Assembly (NCBI GenBank): GCA_001687465.1
Contig: LVLI01000005.1
Coordinates: 62,001-126,000 of the forward strand
Direction: 5' to 3'
Length of the DNA: 64,000 nucleotides
DNA from: Halocafeteria seosinensis
Taxonomy: Eukaryota
The translations under genes were made by a program, and so were the position numbers. Shown in pieces: positions 34,801 through 49,800 of this stretch; within the stretch, counting starts at the first letter, position 1, and each line of letters opens with the position of its first letter. The notes under the pieces were generated by a model that saw only the letters and a program-made list of their open reading frames with translations, made no database searches and was not told the DNA's origin.

Positions 34801-37800
34801 GACAGATATAGCAGTGGCGTTGATGGGAAAGCAGGAAGTTTTCAGTGAAAGCCCCACAAATTGATAGCTGACATTCAATCCTTCTTGGGCACTCGAGAAC
34901 CCCAAAGCTGTTTGAGCATGTGTTGCTGATGCAAGACATGTAACTTCACTCAGCATCCATAACTTTGTGTCAGATAGTTCACCGTCAAAGCTGGGTCCCT
35001 CGTAGGGTCTATCTACGACGAAGCCGCTGCGCCCATTATCGACAACACTTGTCGCGACTGACACATTCTCGAAGCTGGATAGGTTCAGCAACCCACATTG
35101 TGTAGACAGCGTGGCCGTTAACAGGGATTCACCAGCCATTGTGATTACATTCGTTCCCGTAAACCTTAATGTAAAATAAGTTACATTAGCTTCCGATTCC
35201 TGCGCAACTATTACTTTCCCACCGGTAAGCGACGTAAGTAGTTTTGACAGTGATTGGGATGAGGCATTGGAAGGTATGCAAGGAGATACCACACGCACCC
35301 CCGCCGGAGGGGTCCAGGAGAACACCAATCCTACGACGGTGTCTGCGACAATCGTCACATTTTGGATCAATTCACCCAGATCCACCACAGAGGCACTCCA
35401 GTTGTATATCCGCACATTTTGACCTAGATACAACTGATGCCGCTGCAGATCCTCAAATCGGATAAAGTCGTCACCGGTTCTGACCGTAACCCTCCCGAGC
35501 TCATAATTTGGAACATCCATTGAAAAGTAGCCGCGAGTTGCTCTTGGCTCGAACCTGATTTTCGATTTTGCATCCAAGTAAATACTGCTGTCTGTCATAT
35601 TGTTATCGAATGTAACCTGAGAAGAGCCATGCGCTAGTGTGACATTCCCGAGACTCCAGCCAAAGTGCTCGTTTCTTGTTACCATAACTCTTCCCACACT
35701 TTCCAGGTCTTCTAACCTGGTCGCCATCAAATCTGCGGAGGCAAAGAAGGGAATCTCTTCGGTAGTTTTGTTGTTGAATTTCAACTTGTAGCTTCCATCC
35801 AATGGGTAGGAAAAGTCAGACTCCATAGATACTCTGGCTCTTGCGTTAGAACCTTGAAGTCGTGAAGTTGTCTCGAAAAACCCCACGTTGCTTGTTCCTG
35901 GGGGATAGGCCAATCCCTGAATGAGCCCGGGAACGGATCGTATAATCAGAGTATACCGTATACCTCCCATGGTTGGTGTGAGAACGGGAACTCCTTCATG
36001 TCCAGCACCAAAGTTCGAGTTCTTCCGTACAGAGACATCACCAACATTGCTTAGCGACATGACCGCTATTCTGACTCGTTGAGAGTCCTCATCGAAACGG
36101 AGGACAACAGGACCCCTGTTATTGCCAGCAAGATCCACTTCAAATTCTCCTCCCAGAGCTTGGCTCCCCGACTGTATCTCCACAACTACTGCGTCCCCAG
36201 TGAGCTGCTCTTGAACAATTTCCAACATTTCTCGATTACCCGCTCCTGCAGGTAGCATGCCAGCATTATCTACGAAGGTGACAGTCCAAGTTACTCCCCG
36301 GAATCTTCCCATTAATTGTCTGCTCACAAACGCTTTATTGATGGAGCTGAGTGACGCTAAAGCATTCCGCAACTCCGATGCTGAGGTGTTGACTGTTAAT
36401 GTTCTCTCGGTACTGCTGATTGTGTCGTTTAACCCCCACTTTCCAGACGTAACTAGCCCAGGTTGGATTTCTTCACTGACAATGGAGAAGGCTGTCGTTG
36501 TGGAATTTCCCTCTAACAAGCAAGTGGAGGGGCTACAGACGCAATTTATTCCTCCACAAAACGTGTTGTCAGTAACGACAGAAAGGAGAGGTACGTCACC
36601 TGGGCTATGGCAACTGAGGGGACCAGTAGGGCAGTGGGCAGTCCAAGGATCGCGCTTGAACGTAATACTCCATGTATACGCCCCCGTGAAAGGAGTACTA
36701 CTCATAGCCCTGCTCACCTCTACATCTCCGATATTATCTAGCTCTTCAAGTATGACCTCCACTGAATTCAATGGATCCTCCTCCCTTGTGGGTTTCGCGT
36801 CGTGGCGAATGGCCCGTGTTGTAACTGATTCGCACACCAACGGTAATCCTAATTCGATGGCGGTGTCACAGTCATCGAGAGTAGTGTTGAACCTCAAACG
36901 GAAGTAACCATTCACAGGAGCTACACCGGTTTCCAAAATTTCAGAGGCACAATTTATCATCGAAAAGTCAGAGTTTGTTGTAGACAATGTGGAAGAGCGA
37001 CACGAAATTTCAAACGGTAAAGGGCCAACATTCTCACCCCATCCTCTGCTAAACCCGGAGCTCCAGTCTTCTACGGAATCACCAGAGAAAACATTTGAGA
37101 CAAACGTGACTCTCCAGGTGTATGCTTTTACTGTATTTGATTCCCCTTCCAACAGGATGCTGTCAGTACGAGATACCTCAATGCTGTCTGTAGTCGGCAA
37201 CGCCTCCAAGGCAGCTCTCACGGCAGCGCTACTCGCATCGAACAGAAGAAGAGACGTGACGGCTCCTTTGTAAGACAAACGAAAACCGCCGCTCAATTGG
37301 TTTCCGTTGGTTACCGTATTAATAACGACGTCCGTGGAAGCCTGTGAATTGGTTCCGCGAGTGTTGTCCTCTACCTGGAGCTGCGGAATGTCTCCTCCAT
37401 TCAAATCGTCCTCAAATGTAATCCTCCAAGTGTATCCCTGTACACTGTTCGGTTCAGCATCTACGGAAACCGAAATATTCCCAATAGTAGATATCTTCTC
37501 TAGCTTCTCTTGGATTTGTGAAGTAATGTTGTCTCTAAGGAGGCTAATTCCTTCATGAACTAACGTGATGCTCTCCGTTGATTCATTATCGAAGGTTAGC
37601 TTAAACGACCCCCTTACTGAGTTTCCTTCTTGCACTGTTTCTACTGCTGCAGAAGCATGCAGGTCGGTCTTATCAGACGATGATACCATAAGGGAGGAAA
37701 GGATTTCCATCTCAGGTACGTCTCCGTCACTGCCTTCAAACTCTACCGTCCAGCGATAGCCACCTGTCCAGCCTTCACCCAAGAGGGGAGCTAACTCCCT

Positions 37801-40800
37801 CCTGGTGACAATAACTTCCGGATGAGGGCTCCCATCTTGCTCTGATACCAACTGATGAATAAACTCCTCCATTTCGCTAATTGTAGCGTTTGCCCGCAGG
37901 AATAACGAATCATCTGAGGGAGCATACCCTGGTATCGATATTCGGAAAGTCGAATTTTGATCGATAAATTCTCCCTCCTGGCAACCATAGCCTCCTGTTT
38001 CGCAGAGATTTTCGACAATGTAAATATTGCTGTTCGTCAGATTGCTCGAGACTTCAGTAGGTACCAATGGTCGAAGGTCGCCGTCTGTTGCAAGGAACTC
38101 AATGCTCCACACAAATCCACCTGCGTGATCGGGGCCTTCCCGTGTAACGTTGACGTTATCCAAGTGGGGCAACGCATTCAAAGCAAACTGTATGCTGCCT
38201 GTGCCTGTGGCCGGGCTGTTAAACGCCAGTGTGTTTGTGGAAACAGTGTCGCCTGACGCGAAGTCTGTATAGGTCAGAAAAAAATCACCTTCAACTATTT
38301 GGTTGCCTTTTGTAACCCGGCTAATGCCAAGCGGATCAATGTCTGGACAGCTGTCCGCACCCTCGCAATCCGTACGTGGAATCCTATGATTTTCCGGAAT
38401 TAGAGCACTATTTGGGATTACCCCGTCTACAGCTGACCCATTAAAAACAACTAAATATTGTCGAAAATTGCTGTCGTTTAAGTTATCTACCCGTGATATC
38501 TCCACATGACCAGCCAGCTCACCCTGATTGGAGGAAAAATGGACTTCAAACTCATCCGGGAGAAATTTGGTGGGGAACTCAACGTTATACTGACAACTGG
38601 AGAGCTCCTCCTCTCCCGAACTGGTACCACACTTGCATATTCCAGAGGTTCCCTGAAATCGGCATTCATTTATGTCAAAACGAACAGTCACAGTGACGTC
38701 GTCGTCATCAAACGACATGTCCGTTCTTCCTGAATTGTAAGATATCACAAGTCTATCCTCAAAACTCGTACCGCTCGAGGGGAATTCACCAACCTGAAAC
38801 TCAGAACCACATTCTACTGTCAACTTGTCTCCAGAGACGGATACAGTCGGAGATGCTGTGCCGAAGAACGTCGAAGGATCAGAAAAATAGTCATCAATCT
38901 GTTGCTTAATGTCTAGGATATCAGACGAATTGTCCACAAATATAGGTACCGCTTGCTCAACATCAAAAAGAGTTCCGGAAGCATTGAAGGCAAATGTTAC
39001 TCTAGAACTGTTTGATTGCTCTTCGCCGCAATTCACGAGGAACTCGAGTGAATGCAACATCAGAAGATCGTCGGTAAACAATTCCAGCTCCACTATTGCA
39101 GCTCTACCTGTGTACTCATCCCTTAACGTGATCATCTTGACCTCATCAACATCTTCCGATGTAGTCTGAATTCTTTGTATTTCCCTCCGAGGACCTGATG
39201 GGTCTGCCCCGGAAATCAGGTACTCCGTAGCATTGGTGAACGTTACGATTTGTTGCTGTTCGGTGACAGACTGCCCAGTTGCCGTAACCGACTGGACCTC
39301 ATTTACCCGCTGAGCGAATGTTGAAATAGATTGAACCTGCGGCTCAACAGGATCCGATTGTATTGTAACCGTTTGAATTTCGTCTCTCCCACCTATGTCG
39401 AGCGATATAGCCTGAATCTCATTTAGAACGTCCGTGACGACATCAATGTGCTGTTGCTGAGGCTCGACAGAACTTGTCAGATTGATATACTGGCTCTCCG
39501 GAGATACAGAGAAGAACGAACGACTAAAAGAGTCAAAGGAACTGTCCATTGTGTAATCTAGAGTGAAGCTCTCTAACGTCCTTCCACCATCGTACAAAGG
39601 AAGACTCCACATAGCGTCGAAAGAAGTTGTACTGTGTGGACTCAATTTAAGGTCAACAGGGGCAAATGGCACTCGACGAGTGGGCACTGCCGTCGGAGGG
39701 TCTGTCACTGCAATGGCACCAAATCCCTCCGCGCTTACTGCCATAAGCCGGACCGCATACTCCTTACCCGGTTCCAATGAGGAAGAAACATTACCAATGG
39801 TGATAGTGCGCTCCCCAATAACAGCCTCGAGTGGTTGACTAGCGTTGACAATCATGGACTTCATTGGAAGGTCTGTTACCTTCGAGAATGTCCTTTCCGT
39901 CCACTCGATGACATAATACAGAATAGGAAGTCCCCCGTCTCCCCCAAAGTGAAATCCTTGGTCTGAAGGAGGGTCCCAACTAACCTTCAACTGAACGTCA
40001 CTGAGAACACCCAACTTCGCGTCAATGGGAGCCCCGGGTCTTAGTGTTCGGGGAATAGCAGAAAGAATGTTACTGAACTCACCGAAACCTGCAGCATTGG
40101 AAGCCCTAACACGGAAGTAAGTGCGTTTGCCTGTTTCTAGACCAGCAACATTGTAGAAAGCCTCCTGAGAACCACTCCAAGCCGATATCCGCGCAGAGTT
40201 AAACTTGGAAAAATCTACGGACTGACTCCATTGCACTTCATAGAGATTTATTCCGAAGGCACCCTGGGGTGGCAGTAGCTTCCAGATCACTTTTACCTTT
40301 GACTGAGAGAGGATAAGAGCTGAAAGCAGCTCCACGTCATCTGGAAGGGCGATCACCGTTTGCGGCTGGGTAGCTGCCGAACTTCGTCCAACACCTGCCT
40401 CCAACGAAATCGAGGTGACCCGGACACTATATTCAAAACCGGTGGCCAGCGGACCCACTGTGTATGAGACTCTGTTCCCAGATGTCGATCCTGGAACAAT
40501 CCTGCTTCCGTACTGTGGAGACGTTGCTGCGGACTGGAGCAGGTGGGACTTGGCGACAACGTCCTCACCAATTAGTCCCGCCTGGTGAATGACCAGCGCC
40601 CTCCGTTCGCAGCAAGGAGCAGCAAATGTAATCATCCAATCGAATCCATGCACATTCAGATTACGTGTAACTTTGATCGTGCCAACGGATTTAAGTTCTT
40701 CTATAGAACCGGCCAGAATGGCACTGGAGGCGTTGTGAGGAATGGGTCGTGTGCGCTCGTTCCCTAGACTTAGCCTAAAAGTGCCCCCGATGGCGTACTC

Positions 40801-43800
40801 TCCTTTCTTTACAACAAAAGCTGCTATATTTACGTTCGACCCATCTATTTGAGTAGCATTTGTCACTTCAAACAGTGGTTGGGGACCCACATGAAGCTGG
40901 CCAAGGAATGTAATTTCCCACACGAAGCCATGTCCAGGGAGAAACACGAGGTATTCGGAGAAGGTTGGGCCCATGAATTCTCTGTCAAGGACTAAGTGAG
41001 TTACGTTGTATGACACCACCGCAAATTCGTTGGCATTTTGCACGTCCCCAAATTCGATTTCAGAATATGCTGCCAGACGAATCGTCATGCCATTTATCAG
41101 CTGGGAAGTGATATCCTGTGCGTCACCATTGACTTTGAGGATATTGCTGTTTTGCTCTGCACCAAAAGTCCCAAGCATGCGCACCCAAGAATCAAAGCGT
41201 CGAACGGAAACCTGCCCAATGTTTGGCATCCTAGTGAGAGTATCCCCTAGCTGTGAGGCAGTTGCTTGGAAGCTTATTGGTTCACTTAGCTTGCCTCCAA
41301 ACTTAACTCGGAAGTTACCGGAAATATCGTCTTCTGTGGCAGTTGTCTTGAGGCCAACAACTTCCCTAATTGGGGCCGATGCTCCGATTGTAACGACGTT
41401 TACCCGTTTTTGAGGAGCTTCGTCCCACCATTCGACTTTATACTGGCTAATAACCGCGCCTCCGGTATTTGAAGGAATTCCCCATTCAACTACCACCTTG
41501 TCCAACCCTTCCTTATACGTGGAAACTGACGATGGCTCAGCCGACTTTGTGATGACGCTTTGGGAGGCAGTCTGACTGGGAATACTAAAGCCTTGAGAAT
41601 TCCCAGCGAATACTCTACAAAATTGTTTCTGTCCCAATGGCAGCTCTTCCATCCGTGCTTCTAGAGGACGAGATCCTTTCACAACTCTAAGTGACTGCAC
41701 TTGAGAATTAAAAAGCAAACCTTCGGGATTATCTGACAATTGTAGAACCAATAAAGGAAGTAGTTCTGCTCCGCGTTCGGGGTCATCTGTAGTGTGAGTA
41801 AAAGTGACAAGCCACTCGATTCCAAATCGAAACCCAAGACTAATGTCTGGCTTGATAGCGCGCTCGAAGTCAGTTACCACTCGCTTGATGGATCGGGACT
41901 TTACGCTAACAGTTCGAATCACAGGTATCGACTGTAGTTCTTCTTGGACTTTTGTGTCGTTTACAGGGAGATCAAATTGCACACTATACCCACGGAATGT
42001 TAGGGTAACCGTTGCATTTCCGTCTTCAAGAAGAAACAATGCCTCTTCTTCACTGTTGGCTGACATTTCGATTGATAGTGACTGGGTTTCAAATGTATAC
42101 GCGTTAGGCGAAATGTCCGCATTTCCATTCTGCCTTTTCCAGATGTGAGTGTGCAGCCCTGTCCCTCGAAGACCCGAGGAATCTATTGAAAGTAGCTCCA
42201 GATTACCACGCGGTCGACTGAACGTAACGACCCAGCGGAAACCGTTGTGTCGGCTTGCTCGCGTGACTCCTATGGGGATATCGGCAATTTTGTAGAATCC
42301 CAGGATGTTAGCGAGCTCCGAACCGAGTGACTCAGCTGTCACGTTCCAGGGGAGCCTCCAAGTTTCGGCTGCTCCAAATGATAGTAGAAAGAAGCCGCCT
42401 CTGCCTTCCTGGCTTCGGAAAGTAACATCTATGACCTGTATATCGTCTTCTATAGCATATGTTGAAGAGCGTGTGACGTCATCCCCATAAAAAGGGGAAA
42501 GAGAGCACTCAAGGAGATATTGAGATACTCTTTCGCCTCCTGAGTACAACGGTGGCCTCCAAAAGAAAGTGAGTCCAGCATGCATGCTGTCTTGCACCAG
42601 AACTAGATCTCTTGGACTAGATGATGGTTGTGCAAATTCTGGAGTCTCCACAGAGGCAGTTGCAATTTTTCTCCATGCCTTTTTGCTTCTTGCATACACA
42701 ACCGACTCAAGTTTCTCGTTGTTAGGCAATGCAAGGTATGATCCACTCATTCTCCGCAACGGCACGACGGGTCTAAGCAGATCTACCAACACCACTTCGT
42801 CTACAAAAGGGAATGAACCATTTCCGCACACAACTGGCAGGAGTAAGGGGATAGTTTCAAAATGGTTGCTTTGCCCTAGGAAAGTAACGTAGAAGCTTTC
42901 GTCTTTCTCAACAACTACTGTGTATAGACGACAGTCCGCGGAGGAATTGCGACACCCCCACCTACGAAAGAGTGTAGATAGGTTCTCTTCTAACTCAGAG
43001 ACAGGCAATCCCCAGGAAAGGCAATCCTCCGTAACTTCGTTATCTAGGGAAATTTTGAACGTGATATCATCACCATCTACGGGTGAAGACATCGGCAAAC
43101 GGAGAGAAACTGTCTGAATAACAGCGTTTGTTCCTACAGTTATCGTGTCAGCAGGCTCTTCAGGACCGTCTATCACCAGATGCGACCCAAGTGCAGAGAC
43201 ATCATTTTGCTGAATTCTCAGAGACTCCAAAGGAGCGTCGGTGGAATCAAACGCAAGATACCATTCGTAGCCATCTGTCTGTTTGAAACCGCTTCCTTCA
43301 ACAACTTCCCCAAACGTCCAGATTGCAGGCGAACTCGGATCATCACGATCACAGATGCAATAACCGGGAGAGCAGTCCTGGACATTACAGAATGAGAGTT
43401 TGATTCCATTCAACATTATCATTTTGCCAGCACAATCTCCAAGCTCACTTGTCGAGAACAGCGTAGACGAATTCTGGTGAATGGTTATCCTTCCTCCAAT
43501 TTCTCTCCAGGATACGTCTCTGGCCACGCGCAGTGAGCCGACATGGTTGAAGGATCTCAGTATCCGGGAAACCTCTACTGCCGTATCATCAACATGCAGA
43601 AACTCACTGGTACTTTCCTCCAAAGACAGTGTGAAACCGCCAGAGAGTTTTCCTCCAGAACTATAAGCAGACAACCTCACTACTGGCAGTATGTCGGCGC
43701 GAGCATTAATCCCTCCTAGGGTAGAAAAATCTACCCATGGGGTAGGGTCACTGAAATCGCTCTCAATAACCCACATTCGTCCCTCCAGAGCGGTTTGCTG

Positions 43801-46800
43801 AAACACTTCATCAACTGGGAAGATTTCTACCGACCCAAATACCTCCTGCAATTGGGACTTGATTCTTGACGGAGAATCATTTACAAAAATATGAACTTCC
43901 TCCGAGCTAGAAAACTTCAGCGAAATGCTTCCAGTTAACGAATGACCCGTCGCCACTGACAGCACTATGGCAAAGCTCTTCCTGCCAGAAGGTAGACATG
44001 GAAACGATGAGGCTTCATCTCGTTGAGTGCACCGATTGCGCGTGTTTGCGGGCGGAGTCTTGACTCTAACTCGAAACTCATGGTCTTCTATTGTTTCACT
44101 CAGAATACTAGCTGACACTTGTGGTAGAGAGCCCTCCCCACAGCTCAGGAATGAGCTTTCGACGGTAATATTCGTACCCTCCGGATGAAGGAATGTCCTA
44201 AGCTCAACTGTAGCTTCTTTCCTCGATGAAGTAGCCGTTCCAAATGTCACGGAACTATTGGATACAAAGGAAAGTAACGACAATATACTTGAAATTTCAG
44301 AAGAAGAAGAATTTACATCCAGTAGAGGTGTAAGGAAAGAGTCCTCGTCATTTTGGAACTTTAATCGGTAACTTCCAAATATAAAGCCCATGGAGCACTC
44401 CAGTGAATACGATGCCTGTATCTTACCTTCAGTCAGAGTTTTACCCATTACAACGTCTACCACGCTAATGAAGCTAGATAACGGACTGTTCAAAGTCAAC
44501 TCAGCGCTGTGGGCATTCAAGCTGCCTATTGACGCAGACACTGGAACCGGAGGTGACTCAGCAGTCAGCAGAAATGGGACAACGGGAGTTTGCGGTCTTC
44601 CAGAACCTTGTGAATTAACCATTTTAGGACCAGTTGCGGACCTACCGGTAGAAGCCGCTGTAGCGACCAGATGGTCTTGCGGGGAAAATGAAAACTTTGC
44701 CAATTGGTTAGGTTTAATAGGCTGTTGAACTTCCTCCAAAAACAGATGGACGTCTCCTCCAGTTACCGTGTGGAGATCGATGCCCCTAACCCTGATAGTG
44801 GAAAATATTTCGGAACTGCTGCAAAACGTAACTGTCCAATTGATTTCCGTGCTGGCAGAATTAGCTTCTCGGTGCACTTTCGTTGAGCCGATGGACGGCA
44901 AACCTAGTGTCAGTAAATCTCGTAACTCATCAGCGGATGTATCAGAATATACTGTGAGTATGCTTCCGTTACTAAAATCGGATATGGCAAAGCTTCCTAA
45001 TATTTGGCTCGTCGCTGAAAGCGAGATTCTACGAACAGCAGGTGTCGCGCTATCCAATGTGTGTAACAACGATGAGTTGAAGTCTTCAGGGGAAGAGGGT
45101 CGAACGACAATGGTAGAGACATTTATCTCGGCTGTTGGTGCTACCGCTTGCCCCAAAAGCCCTGTATCGTTTGCGGTCGATGCCTCGTTGCTGCTAGTGA
45201 AAGTTATCAGCCAGTCGTACTCATTGTTTGCCGTAGGTCCAAATCTAGTTACTTGTACAGTTGCAACCCCAGGGAGACTTTGTAAGGCAGCCACTAACTC
45301 AGACCCTGTAACTGATATGGGCACAGTAACCCATGCTCTACTCCTGACAGAGAAGGCCCCCACTAAACTTACGGGCCTATCAAGTTCCACCAGCTGCACC
45401 CTGTCCCCAACAACAGTTATATTTACAGCTGCGGCTACAACTTCGTTGTTAAGTAGCAGGGGATCTTTTAATACGACGTCGGTGTCAGTGTGCAATATAA
45501 TAGTGCGATCTTCTCCAGGTAATAAGACTGCTGGTCCTAACGACGTCGACTCTTGTCTCAGTGAGACCGATTGCTCATTTTCAGGATGCTCCCACTGAAG
45601 GTAAATTCTATCTTTTCCAATCGGTTCCTCGGTATTCTCGGATACTCTATTTAGGTGAGATCCTACCATTACTACATCCCCGGGAGCAAGCACTTCACGC
45701 AGATCAAACCCTCCTACGACGAGATACGCCCTCCGTGGATGGTCAGATAAGTCTATTTCAATACAACTGCCACAGAGCAATCGAGAAACCTCCCCTTGGA
45801 AATTCCAAGAAAGTCTCATAGTTAAGTTCTCATCCAAGCGCTCACCGGTAATGGAGCGTGTACTCAGTTTGGTGACCTCTGGAACGAAGAAAGTTTCGCC
45901 AGGCTGAAGCCGAACAACGTTGGACGTTGGTGATATAACGTTCCCTTCATTATCCTCGAACATGGAGCACCCGTTCTCGGAGAAGATGACTTGAATAAGG
46001 TCAATCGGAGGTTGCACGGATGGATCCATGAAAAGCACCTTAAATCCTAGAGTCGACGGCGATTGATGCTCGAGCTGACTGTGAACGTCATTAGACTTTA
46101 ACATCCACGAGAGAGCTGCATCAAGTTCGGCTTCTGTTGCACTAAAGTCTATGCATGTACTCAATGAACTACCCAGCTTAAGCTGAAATTGACCATCAAA
46201 GACATCACCATTCGTGGTCACGTTGACAAGCTGCTGTTCTTGCTGTCGCGTAGCACGTCCGGCTGTAGAAAAACTATAGGCTACAACCTCGTCGCCACCA
46301 CTTCCAAAAGCAGATAAGGTATGCGGACGGAAGATGCTCAACTGTGCTCTAGAGGTATCAACTTGCTCCAGCTCCGCAAAGGCAGGTGGTCGAGGTGGTT
46401 CCCGCGGAGTAAAAGGCCCCGCAACTTCGGAGGGAGCGCTGTACCTTGAAATGCCTGCGGCAATATCGATGACTCTGACCACTCGAACCCAATACTCGCG
46501 ACCAAACAACAGCTTGTCATTCTGCAAAACTGTTTTAGTTTCAGCTGCATGAATTTCAATCTCAGGCCGATTCATGCTTGCGGTGCAGTCAAAACTAAAG
46601 CGCTCAAAACTATATCCGCGACCGCCTTCGAAAGAGACAGAGCTTGCCAAATCTTGATTAGATGCACGTACTAACATAGAAAAATCCTCAATAAGTTCAT
46701 GGAGATCTTCCGTCTCGATCAAAACATCTGGAGGAAGAGTTGCGTATTCAATCGTCAAACACGCACTGTAATTCCAATGGGGTGAAAAGTCTCCTTGGCT

Positions 46801-49800
46801 TCTGACATTCAGTAACTCGAAGACTCCTTGCTCAGATATTGCGTTTTCAACGACTGCCTCGTCGATTTGGCTATCCAGGGATATGGAGAAAGTAATGCTG
46901 GTATTCCACTCGGCAATGCTAGAGCTCCAATTAAGAGTTATGTTTCGCTCCCCACTTGAGGACAGATCCAGTTTCGAAAGCTTCAGTTGAGTTGTGAGGG
47001 GTTGCTCCCCACAACGGCTTGAGAAAGTGTCGAATGAATCCAGTTGTAGAATGAACTCCTGAGATGACTCCATTGTATCGCTGGACCAACTGATCATTGT
47101 ATCTCCATTTTCCTCTTGCTGAATTCCTATAGCACTAGGTGGGGTTACAACGGTGCTCACCGGCACCAACGCCACCAATGGGTGCGCAGAAAGTTCTGGC
47201 CACTCAATTAGATGCATCTGATCCCTCACTCCAGCAACTACAAATTCTCCGATTCCCACATTGTTTGCCGCCGCGACCCTGGCGAAGAATTTTCCTGTAA
47301 CAGCAAGATCGGTAACCGTTTGCGAAATCATCTGCATTCCGTCCCGTAAATGGTTAGTCCCTTTGATGACTTCGAATACAGTTATTCGTGGATTGTCAAT
47401 ACGCATCAAAGGAACGTCGCCTACATGTGACTCATACCGGATGAGCAACTCCTCTCCCTGGCATATTTTGCTCCCATTATTCAACGGCGTTATATCACCG
47501 ACAAAAGTGATAGACTGTAACAGTTCTACAAACGCGTTGACGGAGATGTTTACTGGAACGTGCTGGAGACTGCGTCCGAATATCTCAACGTTGAAGTACG
47601 AACCTTCTTGCTCGTAACCAGAAAGGCATTTGATTCCTTGAACTTCCCGCACGGAGCCGCTGGAAGCAGAAACAGGGCTACTTGTTACGGAAAAGAGACC
47701 CGTTGCGTCTACAATCAGGTCATGTACACCCGACCGCAGGGCACTGACAAATGTTATAGTCCAAGTATAACCATGAAAAGGTCCGGCATTCTCCATCAAG
47801 TAGGAAGATCCTCGATGTCGCCTCCTTTGGACTGATACGTCTATCACGTCAGGTAAAGACTCCAAGGCGCTCTCTACTTCGCTCGCCCCAGCATTCCAGT
47901 CTAACTGTGGAGTTCGCTTTCCATAATAAATTAAGGAAAACGTTCCGCCAATGCCAGTTGAAGGGGAAGTAACAGTGAAAGACTGGATATCAGGCTGGAC
48001 TATCATCTCTGGGCGGACGAACTCGGAGCGCAGTGGCTTTCCTTTTCGCGAGTCAAAGCCCAGAGAAGAATCGACTTCCAGCAGGTAGTGTTGCACGGGA
48101 GAACCTCCATCTCGCAGAGGAGAGTCCCATTGGATTTCGATTTCACCCGCCTCGAGCGGCCGCATGTGCACCTGCAGTGGGGCTGATGGTGGGACAGTGT
48201 GAACGTGAAATGGTGATGGGTGACCATCGACCACCTCGGAAAACCCAAACCTGTTCGCTATCTTGACTTCTGCGGTGTACAACACGTTTTCGCGTAGACT
48301 TTGCAGTAATACCTCCGTCACCAACGAGATGAGAAGTGAGGCCCTGCTGGCATCTGTAGCAAGCACTGTATTGCCGGCAACAAGTAAGGGGCCTGGAGGA
48401 GCTGAAGCAAATGTGATACGCCATTTAAACCCGGAAGAGGCCAGGGATCTTCCAACGTGGACCAAAGATACGGATGGCAGTTTTTCTAAGAGATGTTTGA
48501 TCTCCGCCGCGGTAGCGGTTGCACGAATTGGCGAAGTGAACTCTGGAACGTAGAGAGGAGCAAAAAACGCTTCATGGGCGGGAAAAGTTGCATGGCCCAT
48601 ATCTTCATCAAATAAAGCAATAACGAGATCTTCTACTTGGGATACCTTGAAGATTGTTTCCGAGTCATGTCCTATGCGGACGAACAAACCATCAGGGATA
48701 CTCGCTCGAGACACTTCGCTCACTACGGAGAGGTCGTGGGCATTACGGGAAACATTGATGCAACCCCAGAGCGTTGATTCGCGGAAAACAGGTTGCAATA
48801 TCAGTGAAGTTCCCTCATATGTGGCAGGAACTCCCGTACCGGGATGCCCGAGCGTAATCGATCGCGAAGTGACATTGAGTACTCGAAACATTTGATTGTT
48901 CACTAGGATCCGCTCAGTGGGACACATGACTTTGTCCAGATTGTTGCACCCATTCTCGGAACTAATAATCATGCTTCCGTGATCGAAGTCGAAGAGGCAA
49001 ATGTTACTACCACTCTCAACTTTGTTGACGAAAGTGCCATTGAAGGCACCGATAGCTAAAGTGAAATGACCACCAGTTACTGGTGCAGCGTTGGTTGAGA
49101 TCTTGACCTCATGGATGTCATAGCGCAGCTGCTGTTCTATCCTAGATGTGACTGTACTGCTGTCGGAGACTTCAACAACCAAAGAAGTGGCATCTCTTGC
49201 TGGCGTGAATCCATCCATCGGGTACAGAATGTCCATTTTTGCAGTCCGAGTATCAAGAACTTCCACTGTTGGGACTTCTGGAGTGATCGGGAACTTGCCA
49301 AGAAGTAGCCCATTATCCAGATACGTCCAATTGCTGATGCCTAAAGGGGTTCGACTTGATAACCGGACCCGGTACCGTATGCCTTGGACCAAACCATCTA
49401 GCTGGTGGCTGTGCAAGTCGGTGGCCGAGCTTGAGTTGACTACATCTAGCTGATAATTGTTGGGCCAGAACCCCTTATCTCCTTCTTCCGCGTAGAGGAC
49501 ATCCACTGACAGCGTCGGGAGCGAGAAGTAAGTATTTGTTATAAGCAACGGCTGCGTCGAATTGGTAATGAAAAAATCATTGAAGGAGACTCTGAACTCC
49601 CGCGTGAAGTTAGATGGTACTGTTTCCGAAACAACCACCCGTCCAAGTCCAGGAAGGCGTCTTAGAGAACTTTCAAGATAGTCTACAGTAGCATTTGGTT
49701 GAATCCATTCGGTTGAACTCACTCTTGAAATCCTCAAAGCTGATGAAAAGGAGGGGAACACAAAATCGACATCTTTCGAACAGTTGCGGTAATCTGCTAA

